Virus record (IMG/VR): IMGVR_UViG_3300045988_059940
Span: 38,650 to 102,649 of that record
DNA: 64,000 nucleotides
Source of the DNA: a virus
Direction: 5' to 3' (one strand)
Made by a program: the position numbers and the translations under genes. Under the pieces are notes generated by a model. It worked only from the letters and a program-made list of their open reading frames with translations, did not search any database and was not told the DNA's origin. Shown here one piece after another: positions 40,935-50,550 of the stretch (within the stretch, counting starts at the first letter, position 1; the number at the start of each line of letters is the position of its first letter).

Positions 40935-41314
40935 TACAATATTGGAATATTTCAGGTATGATAAACAACCAATGGTGGTATATAGCACCAGGTCAATACA
41001 ATGAATTATCCTTTGTACAACATGTAAGTCGTAACATGTTAACGATTAACTTATCACAAAATCTCAATTGGACAACTCCAAAAGAGTTACTCGATAGGCA
41101 AGTTGCAGAATGTATTGATTGGATGTTTCATAATATATTTCTACAAATAGAAACACTCAACTATAATAGTTTAGGTGTTCTAATACGAATATTCACAGGT
41201 ATGCTTATGAAATGTAGTATAGATATAATATTCTTACAACAATTACATGGAGCAATAGCTAGTTCGTTGTGGAAATTATATTGGGAAAACAGAGTGAAAG
41301 ACCTACCATTCTAA
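40931..41314 (+). CDS. Hypothetical protein (127 aa)
   Basis: Track ORF with ATGA coupling. Confidence 0.55.
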   Translation: MIQYWNISGMINNQWWYIAPGQYNELSFVQHVSRNMLTINLSQNLNWTTPKELLDRQVAECIDWMFHNIFLQIETLNYNSLGVLIRIFTGMLMKCSIDIIFLQQLHGAIASSLWKLYWENRVKDLPF

Positions 41315-41401
41315 GGTATAAATTATTCGTTTAGCTTATATCTACTAAAAGCGGTTATCGTGTCCGTAATGCCAGTGACAGGCTAATAAACGATTTTGAT
41401 T

Positions 41402-41959
41402 ATGAAAAATCCTAGAATCACAGAATCAGAGATTTTGCTAATCAGAGAAGCTCAACAGGGTAGTCAACTTGCTTTTAGTAAGTTGTTTGAGAAATATAAA
41501 GGCTTTGTAGAAAGCATTTTATTTTCTTACATTAAGGATATGGATGAAGCGAAAGATATTGCTAACATCGTATTCCTTAAAGTCTACCACAAACTTTCAA
41601 AATTCACAGATTATTCTTCTTTTGGAGGATGGCTGAGAATTTTAACAAACCGTACAGCAATAGATTATCTACGTAGTATCCGATTGAAACAACGTGCCGA
41701 AGTTGAAACAGACCGACTAACTGCTTCAACTCAAATCTCTTCAAGTGAAGACGAACTAGTCAATCGTTTGGCATATAAAAAGATATTAGAGGAATTTGAA
41801 AAGTTCCCCGTGCATATGAAACGTATATTGGAATTATATTATGTAGAAAATTTAACAGTTGTACAAATTAGTGAAGCTCTGTGTGTTCCTACTGGAACTA
41901 TTAAGTCGATTTTATCAAGAACGCGCAAGCAAATTCAAAGTTCAATTAATAAAATTTAA
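41402..41959 (+). CDS. ECF-type sigma-70 family RNA polymerase sigma factor
   Basis: Region 2 (AFSKLFEKYKGFVESILFSYIKDMDEAKDIANIVFLKVY...GWLRILTNRTAIDYLR) and region 4 (LELYYVENLTVVQISEALCVPTGTIKSILSRTRKQI) are both recognisable. Confidence 0.8.
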   Translation: MKNPRITESEILLIREAQQGSQLAFSKLFEKYKGFVESILFSYIKDMDEAKDIANIVFLKVYHKLSKFTDYSSFGGWLRILTNRTAIDYLRSIRLKQRAEVETDRLTASTQISSSEDELVNRLAYKKILEEFEKFPVHMKRILELYYVENLTVVQISEALCVPTGTIKSILSRTRKQIQSSINKI

Positions 41960-41962
41960 CAA

Positions 41963-42361
41963 ATGACTTTATTTTTGTTTATCCTAGGGTTGTTTGCAAT
42001 CTTTTGTATCGGAAGATATAATGAGAGCAACAAACTATTCTGGACTCTTCTAATTGCTTTCGTTGGCGGTTTTACCGCTGCTCGTATCGCAATAGAGTCT
42101 ATGGGGACAAACAAGGCTAAGGTATGCAAACTTGAAACAAAGTCCACACAGGTATCAGAAGGGTTGTCGAAACTAACGTTTCTAGTGACAGACAACCTTG
42201 ATGATGCAATCGAGGCAACTCAAAACCCTGTGGGTCAGACATCCTGTGTTGAATTATTTGCATACTACAATAAGTCCTTGCCCGAAGTATTAAATCAGTC
42301 TAAACTTTTAAGACCACCAATACTTAATTTACCAACATCTAACTACGATGATACATCATGA
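41963..42361 (+). CDS. Membrane protein immediately downstream of the sigma factor (possible anti-sigma)
   Basis: Two N-terminal TM segments. It starts 4 nt after the sigma gene stop. Confidence 0.4.
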   Translation: MTLFLFILGLFAIFCIGRYNESNKLFWTLLIAFVGGFTAARIAIESMGTNKAKVCKLETKSTQVSEGLSKLTFLVTDNLDDAIEATQNPVGQTSCVELFAYYNKSLPEVLNQSKLLRPPILNLPTSNYDDTS

Positions 42362-42442
42362 CTAACATGATTATCATCTGAGTGTTATAAATAAAGTATT
42401 AATTTAAAAAGTAGTGTTTAACAATTTAAAATCATTATCAAA

Positions 42443-43852
42443 ATGAGTAAGAAACAAAAGAAGGCTAACAGCCAAAAGGTAGTAAACAAAGTAGAAAAGA
42501 AGGTAGAGATGAAAATCGTACCTCCTGCACCTGAAACTAAAGAAGAAACCAAGGTTGAAGAAGCTAAGGTTAAAGAGGTTAAACCTGTAATCAATGTTAT
42601 CGACACGGGTCAGCTGAAAGAGAATCTCAACCCTCAAACGTCAGGACTTAGTCCAGACAAACAAGTTGACCTACTGGCTATGATGGACAGAACGTTCCGT
42701 CAAGACAAGAATGCAGCTGTTCGTTATCATATGAGCCAAGAGGCCATCGATATGATTAACGAAGTAAGTGCTATTGGTCAGGTTGCAGTTCTTATGAACG
42801 AGGTTGTTAACGGTACGAGCAATTTTGCTGTACGTATGCGTGTTGGTACGCTTGACAACATTCGTAAGATTGCTCCAATGGTTGGTGTAGAGATTGTTGA
42901 AAACGCTCTACCTGCACCAGTTGACGGAGTAGTAGAAGTACAATCGAAAGCCTTGAAGGTTTCTGAGGAAGCAAAGAAAGCTTTGAAGGCTGAGAAAAAG
43001 GCAGTAGAAAGCAAAGTGCTTGACCCGAAGGACATAAAGACGAAAGAAGAGCTGACAACAGCTTTGTTGCAGTTCCTGTCTAAGCGTAACAATATTCACG
43101 AAAACATTCAGCAAGCAATTGCCTTTATGCGTGAATACAAGAACGTAAACGCAACTGATGAAACTAGGGAGGCTGTAAAACAGCTGACTAGAATCGAGTT
43201 GCTCAAAGAAGTTGTAGCAACTGTTGAGGAGGCGCCTATCGTATTGAGCGGTATTGGCAACTTTCTTTACACTACCACTTCGACTTCGAAATCCCCTATT
43301 TCGGCGTTCTGTCATTTTAGGAACACAACCCTCATCAAGGAGACAGGAGAGCCTACTTTGGATGATGCAGAAGTGGCTGATTATGTCAAGATTCTCGTAA
43401 CTTGGGCATGCGAAATCAAGAAGAGACAATCCACTGCTGAAATCAAGAAGATAGAGGACAATCTCAAAGTTCTCCAAAAGGACAAGAAGAACAACAAGGT
43501 TGCTATCGCCGAACAGGAGAAGAAGATTGAGACTCAGAAAAACAATATCGTACACTTCGATGGCGTAATTGACTATGTTACGAACGCATCAGAAGAGTTC
43601 GTTACAAGGTTGATTCCTGAGTACGAAAAGAAGGAAATGATGTTTGTAAAAACATTCAACGTGATTGCAAGCAGCTATTATTCAGACGAAGAAATTAAGC
43701 AAGCTAAGCTGGCTTCTTTGAAGAAGAACGTTGAGCAACGCGCTGGTATCATTACCAACTTATTCCGTTCACCGCTTTCGCAGATGATTAATTACAGCGA
43801 AAGCAACATCACCGAGCTAGAAAAGGTAGAAAATGAACCTGAAAAAAACTAG
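42443..43852 (+). CDS. Hypothetical K/E-rich protein (469 aa)
   Basis: Track ORF with start context ATTATCAAAATG. Its terminal codon is TAG, followed immediately by a hairpin. Confidence 0.7.
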   Translation: MSKKQKKANSQKVVNKVEKKVEMKIVPPAPETKEETKVEEAKVKEVKPVINVIDTGQLKENLNPQTSGLSPDKQVDLLAMMDRTFRQDKNAAVRYHMSQEAIDMINEVSAIGQVAVLMNEVVNGTSNFAVRMRVGTLDNIRKIAPMVGVEIVENALPAPVDGVVEVQSKALKVSEEAKKALKAEKKAVESKVLDPKDIKTKEELTTALLQFLSKRNNIHENIQQAIAFMREYKNVNATDETREAVKQLTRIELLKEVVATVEEAPIVLSGIGNFLYTTTSTSKSPISAFCHFRNTTLIKETGEPTLDDAEVADYVKILVTWACEIKKRQSTAEIKKIEDNLKVLQKDKKNNKVAIAEQEKKIETQKNNIVHFDGVIDYVTNASEEFVTRLIPEYEKKEMMFVKTFNVIASSYYSDEEIKQAKLASLKKNVEQRAGIITNLFRSPLSQMINYSESNITELEKVENEPEKN

Positions 43853-43855
43853 TTC

Positions 43856-43886
43856 CGACCGATGAGCCAAAAACGTTTATCGGTCG
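43856..43886 (+). terminator. Hairpin directly after TAG 43850-43852
   Basis: CGACCGAT-loop-ATCGGTCG forms an 8-bp stem. Confidence 0.5.
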
Positions 43887-43928
43887 AATAAGAGAAGTGT
43901 GGAATAAACTCACCAAATTATCAAAATT

Positions 43929-44333
43929 ATGAAACGCTTTACAACTATCATTTGTAGTATAGCATTTGCCGTATTTGGCGTATGTATTGCAACAGATAAG
44001 ATAGAGGTAGCTACGCAAGAACAAAACGTAGCTTATGCACAGCCGATACCGAACTTCGATTTGGCAAAAGTGCAAGTACCAAAAGACATCCAAATGAGTC
44101 TTTATGCAAAGCAGCTGGAATCTGAGAAAGCTACATCTCAGAAAGTGCCAGAGGTAACTATCGTAGCATCGAAGCGCGTTAAGGAGCGCGTTAGAGTAGT
44201 TCACAAGACTTCGTATGTTCCTGTGCTCTACATAGCAACTCCTAAAAAAGAATCTTCCAAGTATCAGTATGATGTACAGCGTGCTGATATTCAAGCTCCT
44301 CCAATTAAAGGAGAGCCAACGTGGGAAGACTGA
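43929..44333 (+). CDS. Membrane-anchored or secreted hypothetical protein (134 aa)
   Basis: N-terminal hydrophobic segment, with start context ATTATCAAAATTATG. Confidence 0.6.
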   Translation: MKRFTTIICSIAFAVFGVCIATDKIEVATQEQNVAYAQPIPNFDLAKVQVPKDIQMSLYAKQLESEKATSQKVPEVTIVASKRVKERVRVVHKTSYVPVLYIATPKKESSKYQYDVQRADIQAPPIKGEPTWED

Positions 44334-44339
44334 TAGTAA

Positions 44340-46480
44340 GACGATTTAGGTCTCATTAGCCAATAATCGCTCAAACATCAAAAAATTTACTTGGTCCGAG
44401 AATATGTTAACCTTCTCAAAAGGCAAGATGTCCGAAAAAGTGTGGACTATCAAAAGGTAGGACGAAAGACAAGATTGGTGTGAAAAGCCAACTTGTATAG
44501 GGGATAGTGACGCATCAAAACCCCTACACGTGTATAAACCAGTTGCAGTCCTTTATGCTGAACTAGGATAATCTTATCGTGGTGTACACGTAAGGAACAG
44601 CACATAAATCACGGCCTTGAAAAATAGATAACCGTGTAAAAGTTGATGCCGTATCGTAGACAATGCTTTTAGATACAAATTGTATTGTAACGTAACACGA
44701 GTTGAATTTATCAATTAGTCAGGACTATAAAGAGGCGCTCTTGTAGTCTTATAGGGGATGGATGTGGATGGTAGTGATGATGAGGTCCAACTCTCATTGA
44801 TAAAGTATCAGTAAGTCGAGCATAGTGTTCATGAGGTCCAAAGTCATTATGAAGGTGCGAAAAAATATGTGGAGTAAAACAATATCGTGAGGATAATGCT
44901 CACGGGGTGTACCGTAACTATGCCGCCTATGTAAGGCCAGTTCCGTGCAACTCGGATGCCTCTCGTCACGCGCGTAGGGGAGTAAGTGGGTAAAACGGCT
45001 GATTTATGGTGATGCATGACCGCCAGGCTTTTGTTGTTTATGCGGGATATAAAAGTGAAACAACCAGGAGAGTGGGGCAGACTCTTAATGCGAAGTAGGG
45101 CTAACAAGCTTGAAGGCTACGCGAAACGAGTGCGCGGACAAACACTGATTTAATATGAATATACCTGGCTAGACGAGGTGAAGATGTAAGTTATTCATAT
45201 AAGATAGATAGAACTAAAAAGCTACTATCCACTACGATGACAACGTTACAGTCAAAAAATGTACGCTTGCATACAATCAAGCCGAACCAAATTAGGTTTA
45301 TCGGTTCCAATGCCATATTGCCAATGGTAGTGAAGACCCATTAACCTTTGATGTAATAAATAATCAAGGTGTATCACTATTATAATAATATCATTATATC
45401 TCTATTGGAGTAATTAAACCAGTATATATGATGTGCATTATGATATATACAAACAAACCAGAGATGAAATAAAAACATCACAAATGAGAGTAAATAACAT
45501 GTTTAACAAAAATAGGTGTCCCCCGATAGGTGCCACTTTCGTTGTAAGAAAGAGCTGAGTCGGAAGCCTGAGTGCCAACCGTGACTTTGAAAAAATTATA
45601 CAGAATAAACTATACAATTTCCGTCTAAGTTTGAACCGCCGAACGTGAATACATTAATAGGTAACCGTGGACGGTAATTGAAGTAGGACAGCAAATCTTT
45701 ATAGATTTATAGAGTAGTTATCCATTAATTGATGGGCAGCAACAACCTAAGTACGTCCTTGCAATAAGGATAGGGAGTTAGTGACTCATTGGTGTACACT
45801 GTCTATGTACATTGATAGGGAATGTTGTGGGTGACAAGAAGCGTGGGTAGGGTTGAAATCCCAAGTATTCGAGCACTTCTCAATGAAAAGCGAGATAAAA
45901 CAAATGAGGAAGCAAAATCCAAGAGAAGAAACAGCCGTAGCATCCGAGATACCCCTTGAAGGCTAGATGGTCCGATAATGAAACGTCGCTATTACGTTAT
46001 AGTATAGCTGAGAGAGGCCTGGTCGCCACCTCGAATAAGAATTGAAAGCACCAGCAACTGAGAAAACTGCAAACAACGATATGACCGATAGTCTTGAAAA
46101 AGACAATGTCGCCATACTTTCGGTGTCGTATACTGACAATGGCAAAAGCACTACGGGTTAGTGTGGAGAGAATTTTTATTAAGTAAGTAACAATTTTTTC
46201 AAAACAATTTTCGTGGGTTAAACTTATAAACAGGGTGTAATGCATTCTGTATGAGTTTTTTATTTAAGAATTTAAATTACAAAATACAAGCACTTGAATG
46301 TGCATTTTCGGCATTTGAAGTTTCAAGTAAACAAATTTAGGCTAAGCTAATCCTACCATTGGATTCCCTTGTATTTGACTTCCATACTACTTGTAGATAG
46401 GATATATAATACATGTTTGTTGAAATAGTAAACGACCTCTCATTAGCACGGTTAAACCGAATCTTATTTTAAACTGAGTG
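44340..46480 (+). ncRNA. Roughly 2.1-kb ORF-free, G+C-enriched, helix-dense region (one or two large ncRNA candidates)
   Basis: No credible ORF on either strand, even when TAG is read through. It has many local stems and an AT-rich break at about 45360-45500, and it ends at the terminator at 46481-46516. Confidence 0.4.
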
Positions 46481-46516
46481 TCGGTGCGTCGAGCCACCGA
46501 GCCTGCACCAATTTTT
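46481..46516 (+). terminator. Terminator-like hairpin with a T-run
   Basis: TCGGTG..CACCGA and GGTGC..GCACC helices followed by AATTTTT. Confidence 0.55.
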
Positions 46517-46574
46517 AATTCCGACTAGCGTTTACGTTAGTTAATCAATAACAATTTCAAAAAGGTAAACAAAA

Positions 46575-47186
46575 ATGGAAAAAATTAATATTAATGCGCT
46601 TGCAAACAATCGCAAGCCACTATCTAACATGGGAGCCCTCTTTGGGTGTCAATACTTCAAGGCTGAATTGCGTGAGCATGACACCAATTTCACTAAGCGT
46701 GAACTACAAACCAAGCAGAACGGCAACATCGACTTGATGCCTAATAGAACAATTCACCGTTATCGTATGACAGACTTTGATGTTGTAAGCATCAACTTCG
46801 TAACCAACCCTGATGGCAGCAATTCTGTTATCTTCAACATGGGAACGGACGATGAGGTTGTGCTGCCTGTTGATAGCAACATGACACAAGTAGGTGAAGT
46901 TAACGAAAACGCACTGAAAGAGTCGTTGCGCGGTGATAACAAGAACGTTATCTTCGCAAACCCTGAGAACTTGGCTGCGATGCTCAATCGCATGAACCAA
47001 GCAGAAATTAACCGAGCCGAAAGCTTGATTAAAGAGCTAGAAACTGCTATTAAGCAAGCTCGTCGGGCAATGGACGAAAACCAGAAGAAGGTTGAAACGT
47101 ACATGTCCCAGATGGTGAACTCTACTCCCGCACCTATGTCGCGAGGAACAGAGGTTAACATTAACATCAAAACGACTGAGGAGTAA
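46575..47186 (+). CDS. Hypothetical protein (203 aa)
   Basis: Track ORF. Confidence 0.65.
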   Translation: MEKININALANNRKPLSNMGALFGCQYFKAELREHDTNFTKRELQTKQNGNIDLMPNRTIHRYRMTDFDVVSINFVTNPDGSNSVIFNMGTDDEVVLPVDSNMTQVGEVNENALKESLRGDNKNVIFANPENLAAMLNRMNQAEINRAESLIKELETAIKQARRAMDENQKKVETYMSQMVNSTPAPMSRGTEVNINIKTTEE

Positions 47187-47191
47187 GACTG

Positions 47192-47779
47192 ATGGAAAAG
47201 CTTGTTTCGGAATCGAGCAAGCTGTTAATCCAAGTTTTGATGACTGACCCCAAAATATCAGAAAAAATACTTGAAAACTCGACGGAGTCTGACAAGTATA
47301 AGAATTGTTCTATTCTAGAATCTGGTACCATTGTTCTAGGTAAAACAAACTGTATTTGGTGGAACAAACTCATCAACTGTCAGGACAAAATCCCATTTGA
47401 CAGTTTTGCTCTTAAAGTATGGGACGCGCTAGTTGATATGTCTAGCGGTCTTAACAACAAGGCTATCCTCAACGGTTTATCCTTAGAGATAGTAAAGAAA
47501 TCCATTCGTAGTAAAGAATACGATTGTGTAGTACGACGTTTGTTTGATTGCTGGTCACACGTAGCTCAGAAAAGTGCTGGATACCAACAAGGAGAGACCT
47601 CTGCGGAGGGTAAAGGCCTGGCGCCCCATCTTCTTGACAATTCATCATTTAATGAGAACCGTGAGATTACAATTAACATAAACGGTATAAGAAAGACAAT
47701 TCCTTTTGTAGATAGTATTGGAGACAAACTCAACATTGAGTTAGAAACAGGAATAATAGGTTTTCGAAGATTGAATTAG
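47192..47779 (+). CDS. Hypothetical protein (195 aa)
   Basis: Track ORF with TAG as the terminal codon. Confidence 0.6.
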   Translation: MEKLVSESSKLLIQVLMTDPKISEKILENSTESDKYKNCSILESGTIVLGKTNCIWWNKLINCQDKIPFDSFALKVWDALVDMSSGLNNKAILNGLSLEIVKKSIRSKEYDCVVRRLFDCWSHVAQKSAGYQQGETSAEGKGLAPHLLDNSSFNENREITININGIRKTIPFVDSIGDKLNIELETGIIGFRRLN

Positions 47780-48073
47780 CACTCACTGCGGTCAGGGGTG
47801 TATGTGAATTGTACCGAAGGTTAAGCTGCACTCAGCTAACAATTAACGAATATCGAACTTCTTATTTCGCCAATTAAGAGTTTTATCCAAAACAAAACAT
47901 TATATTAGTTATTCCATTCTCTGCGGAGAAAGGGGGGGATTACTCCTGCGGAAAGTGCCTCCCCGCGGAACAACTTTTATTATGTATAGGTGCGACTCCT
48001 ATAAAGGAACAAGGTAAAGCGGTTTTCAAATTCATGCATTATTTTAAGTTTAACATCAAAAAATTATTAAATC

Positions 48074-48622
48074 ATGAATAAGAACATCAATTTGAACTCT
48101 GCAAACATTATTAACATTCGTAAAGAACTAGACACTAATATTGCAAAGTATTGGAAGATTATCCGTACTGAAAACGTAATCTCGAAGAAGGCTAAGGCCT
48201 CAGGTCTAGGTTCTGGTTATGACCTAAAAGCTCTATATAATGAAATAACACAAATGGCTGAAAAGCGTATCATTGTTAAGGCGATGTTGAATTACCTTAA
48301 TAGCGGCATTACGACTTTCGACTATGAAGAGTTTAAGAAGACCAACAATTATAGCATTTTTGCCGCTGGTGAAGCGAAAGAAGCTATTGCTCAGTTGAAG
48401 ATGATTTCAACAATTAACCCCTCAGAGAAGGCTAAAAAGGGCAAAAACGGTCTTTCTAAGACTGAAACGTTTACTTCTGCAAAGATTGCTCAGCTTATCA
48501 AAGAACAACAGATGTTGGCTAATAAGTTTGATGCAAATCTAAAAGAATTTAACGATAATACATCAATCGAGCTAAAAGACGATTATATTGCTGATAAATT
48601 TAAGATTTACGCAATTTTATAA
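48074..48622 (+). CDS. Hypothetical protein (182 aa)
   Basis: Track ORF. Confidence 0.65.
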   Translation: MNKNINLNSANIINIRKELDTNIAKYWKIIRTENVISKKAKASGLGSGYDLKALYNEITQMAEKRIIVKAMLNYLNSGITTFDYEEFKKTNNYSIFAAGEAKEAIAQLKMISTINPSEKAKKGKNGLSKTETFTSAKIAQLIKEQQMLANKFDANLKEFNDNTSIELKDDYIADKFKIYAIL

Positions 48623-48636
48623 TACAAACTATGAAA

Positions 48637-48691
48637 AAACTTATGGTTTTCGGGCCAGCTTTATGCGACAGTTCGACTCTGTCTAAGTTTA
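48637..48691 (+). ncRNA. Mini tRNA-like element (55 nt: acceptor stem plus T-arm only)
   Basis: AAACTTA / 23-nt linker / GACAG-TTCGACT-CTGTC / TAAGTTT-A. The acceptor is a perfect 7 bp and the T-stem a perfect 5 bp. Confidence 0.5.
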
Positions 48692-48812
48692 CAACGCGTT
48701 TAAGGCTATTTTAAGCGCTTCTATGCCACTCAAATTTATTTTTGGACTAATCTATTGATTTGTTGATTTGAGTGTCTTAAAACGAAAATAAACAGTATAA
48801 CACATTATCAAA

Positions 48813-49667
48813 ATGAAAAACGAAATGCAACCAAAAGGGTATAGTTTCCTCGTTAACTATAAAAACATTAAGAAAAAACGAGAAGAGTTTCTTAAAAAAA
48901 GTTTCAGTGGTATATGTAGATTTTATTCTAAGCAAAGTCAGAAAAGACAATTTGTTAGAACAAGAAAAACTCCTTGGTACATGCTTACCTGTGGAAAACA
49001 ATACAACTACGAAGAACGAAAATTTCCAGGAGGTGCACATACGGGCTATTTTAGAGTAGATTCAGAGATGAAAGAACTTGCGAAAAAGAACGGTATCTTA
49101 CGGGGGGTAAGGGGGGAGTGTAAACTAGAACTTTATACTAAACACAAGCTAAACAAATGGATTAAACGTAATCCTAAGCCGTGTGATGATAGAGATTTAT
49201 TTGCACAACAATACTTACCAGAATGGGAAAATCGTAAAAAAGAAGCTGAAACACAAATACAAAATCATCTAAGTTTTTTATACAAAAAAGAATTTAGATT
49301 TGATTCAAAATTAGCAGCTATACTATATACTAAACGAGATATATATAGATATGGACGCTATACACTACGAACATATACTAATATAGTATATCAACACGAA
49401 TATTGTAGAGGAAACGATATAGTATATGTTTGTGATATTAAACCAAACGAACTAGTTACAGTAAATCGAATTATCAAAGAGCTTAAAGAAATGCTTTTGG
49501 GATTGGAAAAAATTAACAAGCCGTTGCGAATAATATTTCAACAAAACGGCATTAATATTATTGTAAACAAAGATAGAACAACCAAGTGTTGTGTAAAAGG
49601 AGTACGAACCAAAAAGTTCGGAAACAAAAACTATAACAAACATTATGATGTTTGGAAAAACAAATAA
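48813..49667 (+). CDS. Hypothetical basic protein (284 aa)
   Basis: Track ORF with start context ATTATCAAAATG. Confidence 0.65.
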   Translation: MKNEMQPKGYSFLVNYKNIKKKREEFLKKSFSGICRFYSKQSQKRQFVRTRKTPWYMLTCGKQYNYEERKFPGGAHTGYFRVDSEMKELAKKNGILRGVRGECKLELYTKHKLNKWIKRNPKPCDDRDLFAQQYLPEWENRKKEAETQIQNHLSFLYKKEFRFDSKLAAILYTKRDIYRYGRYTLRTYTNIVYQHEYCRGNDIVYVCDIKPNELVTVNRIIKELKEMLLGLEKINKPLRIIFQQNGINIIVNKDRTTKCCVKGVRTKKFGNKNYNKHYDVWKNK

Positions 49668-49931
49668 ACAACAAGGATGGGTAAATATACGCTGGTAATG
49701 GTCTACATCAGCCTTAAAGTACACGTGAAACCTAAGTAGCGATACGTAACAATTCTTTAAGTAAACTTATCATAAACTTATAGATACGTAAAGTGAATTG
49801 ACCATCGAATGATTAGCGTGTGAAGCAAGTACAAGTTCCGTAATAAGTACGGTAGGCAAGTTCTATGTACTGTTTTGCTAGATGCTTATGAAAGTATATT
49901 TGTTGTTTGGCTCTTCGACGGAAGAGCATTT

Positions 49932-50018
49932 GGAGAAGTGGCAGAGTGGTTAAATGCAACGGTCTTGAAAACCGTCGGTCGGTAATACGGCTCGTAGGTT
50001 CGAATCCTACCTTCTCCG
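49932..50018 (+). tRNA. tRNA-Ser (UGA), class II
   Basis: GGAGAAG / ACGGT-CTTGAAA-ACCGT / 18-nt variable arm / GTAGG-TTCGAAT-CCTAC / CTTCTCC-G73. Confidence 0.9.
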
Positions 50019-50072
50019 CGCAGAGAGACATAAGTCTCAATGTAACATTTAATAAATTCAAACAACAAAAAG

Positions 50073-50399
50073 ATGAAAAAAATCAATTTTGTAAAAGTGT
50101 TTGTTCTAGGTATGTTAGCATCCATTGTGGTCTACATTACAGGAGTAGCTGTGTACAACTATGGTTCTGTTCTTCAACAGGACAGTCCAGAGGTTAAACA
50201 AGTAATAACGAAGGTTGATAGTCTTCCAGCGAAGAATATCAGAATAACAGACCTTCGTGAAGTACTCGACTCAACTGGTGAGTACAAACCAGTACAATTG
50301 CTCTACTATGACACAGACAGCACAAAGAGAATTATTCAATTAAATGTTGAAAAGAAGTGGTGGAAGTACCACGTCAAAGACTATGTGGTAAAACACTAA
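50073..50399 (+). CDS. Membrane-anchored hypothetical protein (108 aa)
   Basis: Track ORF with an N-terminal TM segment. Confidence 0.6.
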   Translation: MKKINFVKVFVLGMLASIVVYITGVAVYNYGSVLQQDSPEVKQVITKVDSLPAKNIRITDLREVLDSTGEYKPVQLLYYDTDSTKRIIQLNVEKKWWKYHVKDYVVKH

Positions 50400-50550
50400 G
50401 TCTTAGTTTATAACAATTTGAGCGTGGGAGCGCACACCACCTGAGGGGTATAGGAGCTGTAATAAATCATTTACAGACCACCTTGGTAGTTTACATGCGG
50501 TAAGAACTGGATTGTTATATTTTATTTAATTAATTATAAAATCAATTTAT

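Noticed and set aside
42404-43555. Antisense ORFs 42404..42637, 42778..43092, 42807..43058 and 42908..43555, plus similar ones at 46704..47170, opposite long plus-strand genes
   Set aside because: These are shadows of K/E-rich sense ORFs. They lack start context and are fully contained in better-supported genes.
44847-46245. Minus-strand ORFs 44847..45107, 45963..46151 and 45997..46245 inside the 2.2-kb G+C-rich region
   Set aside because: They have no start context, their residue composition is unlike a protein, they overlap one another, and they are surrounded by stops in all frames. I treat them as chance ORFs in structured non-coding sequence.
44340-46516. An ORF-less group II intron in the large non-coding region (GTGCG strings at about 44864, 45131 and 46485)
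   Set aside because: I could find no domain V-like hairpin of about 34 nt with the AGC triad. There is no reverse transcriptase ORF and no interrupted host gene.
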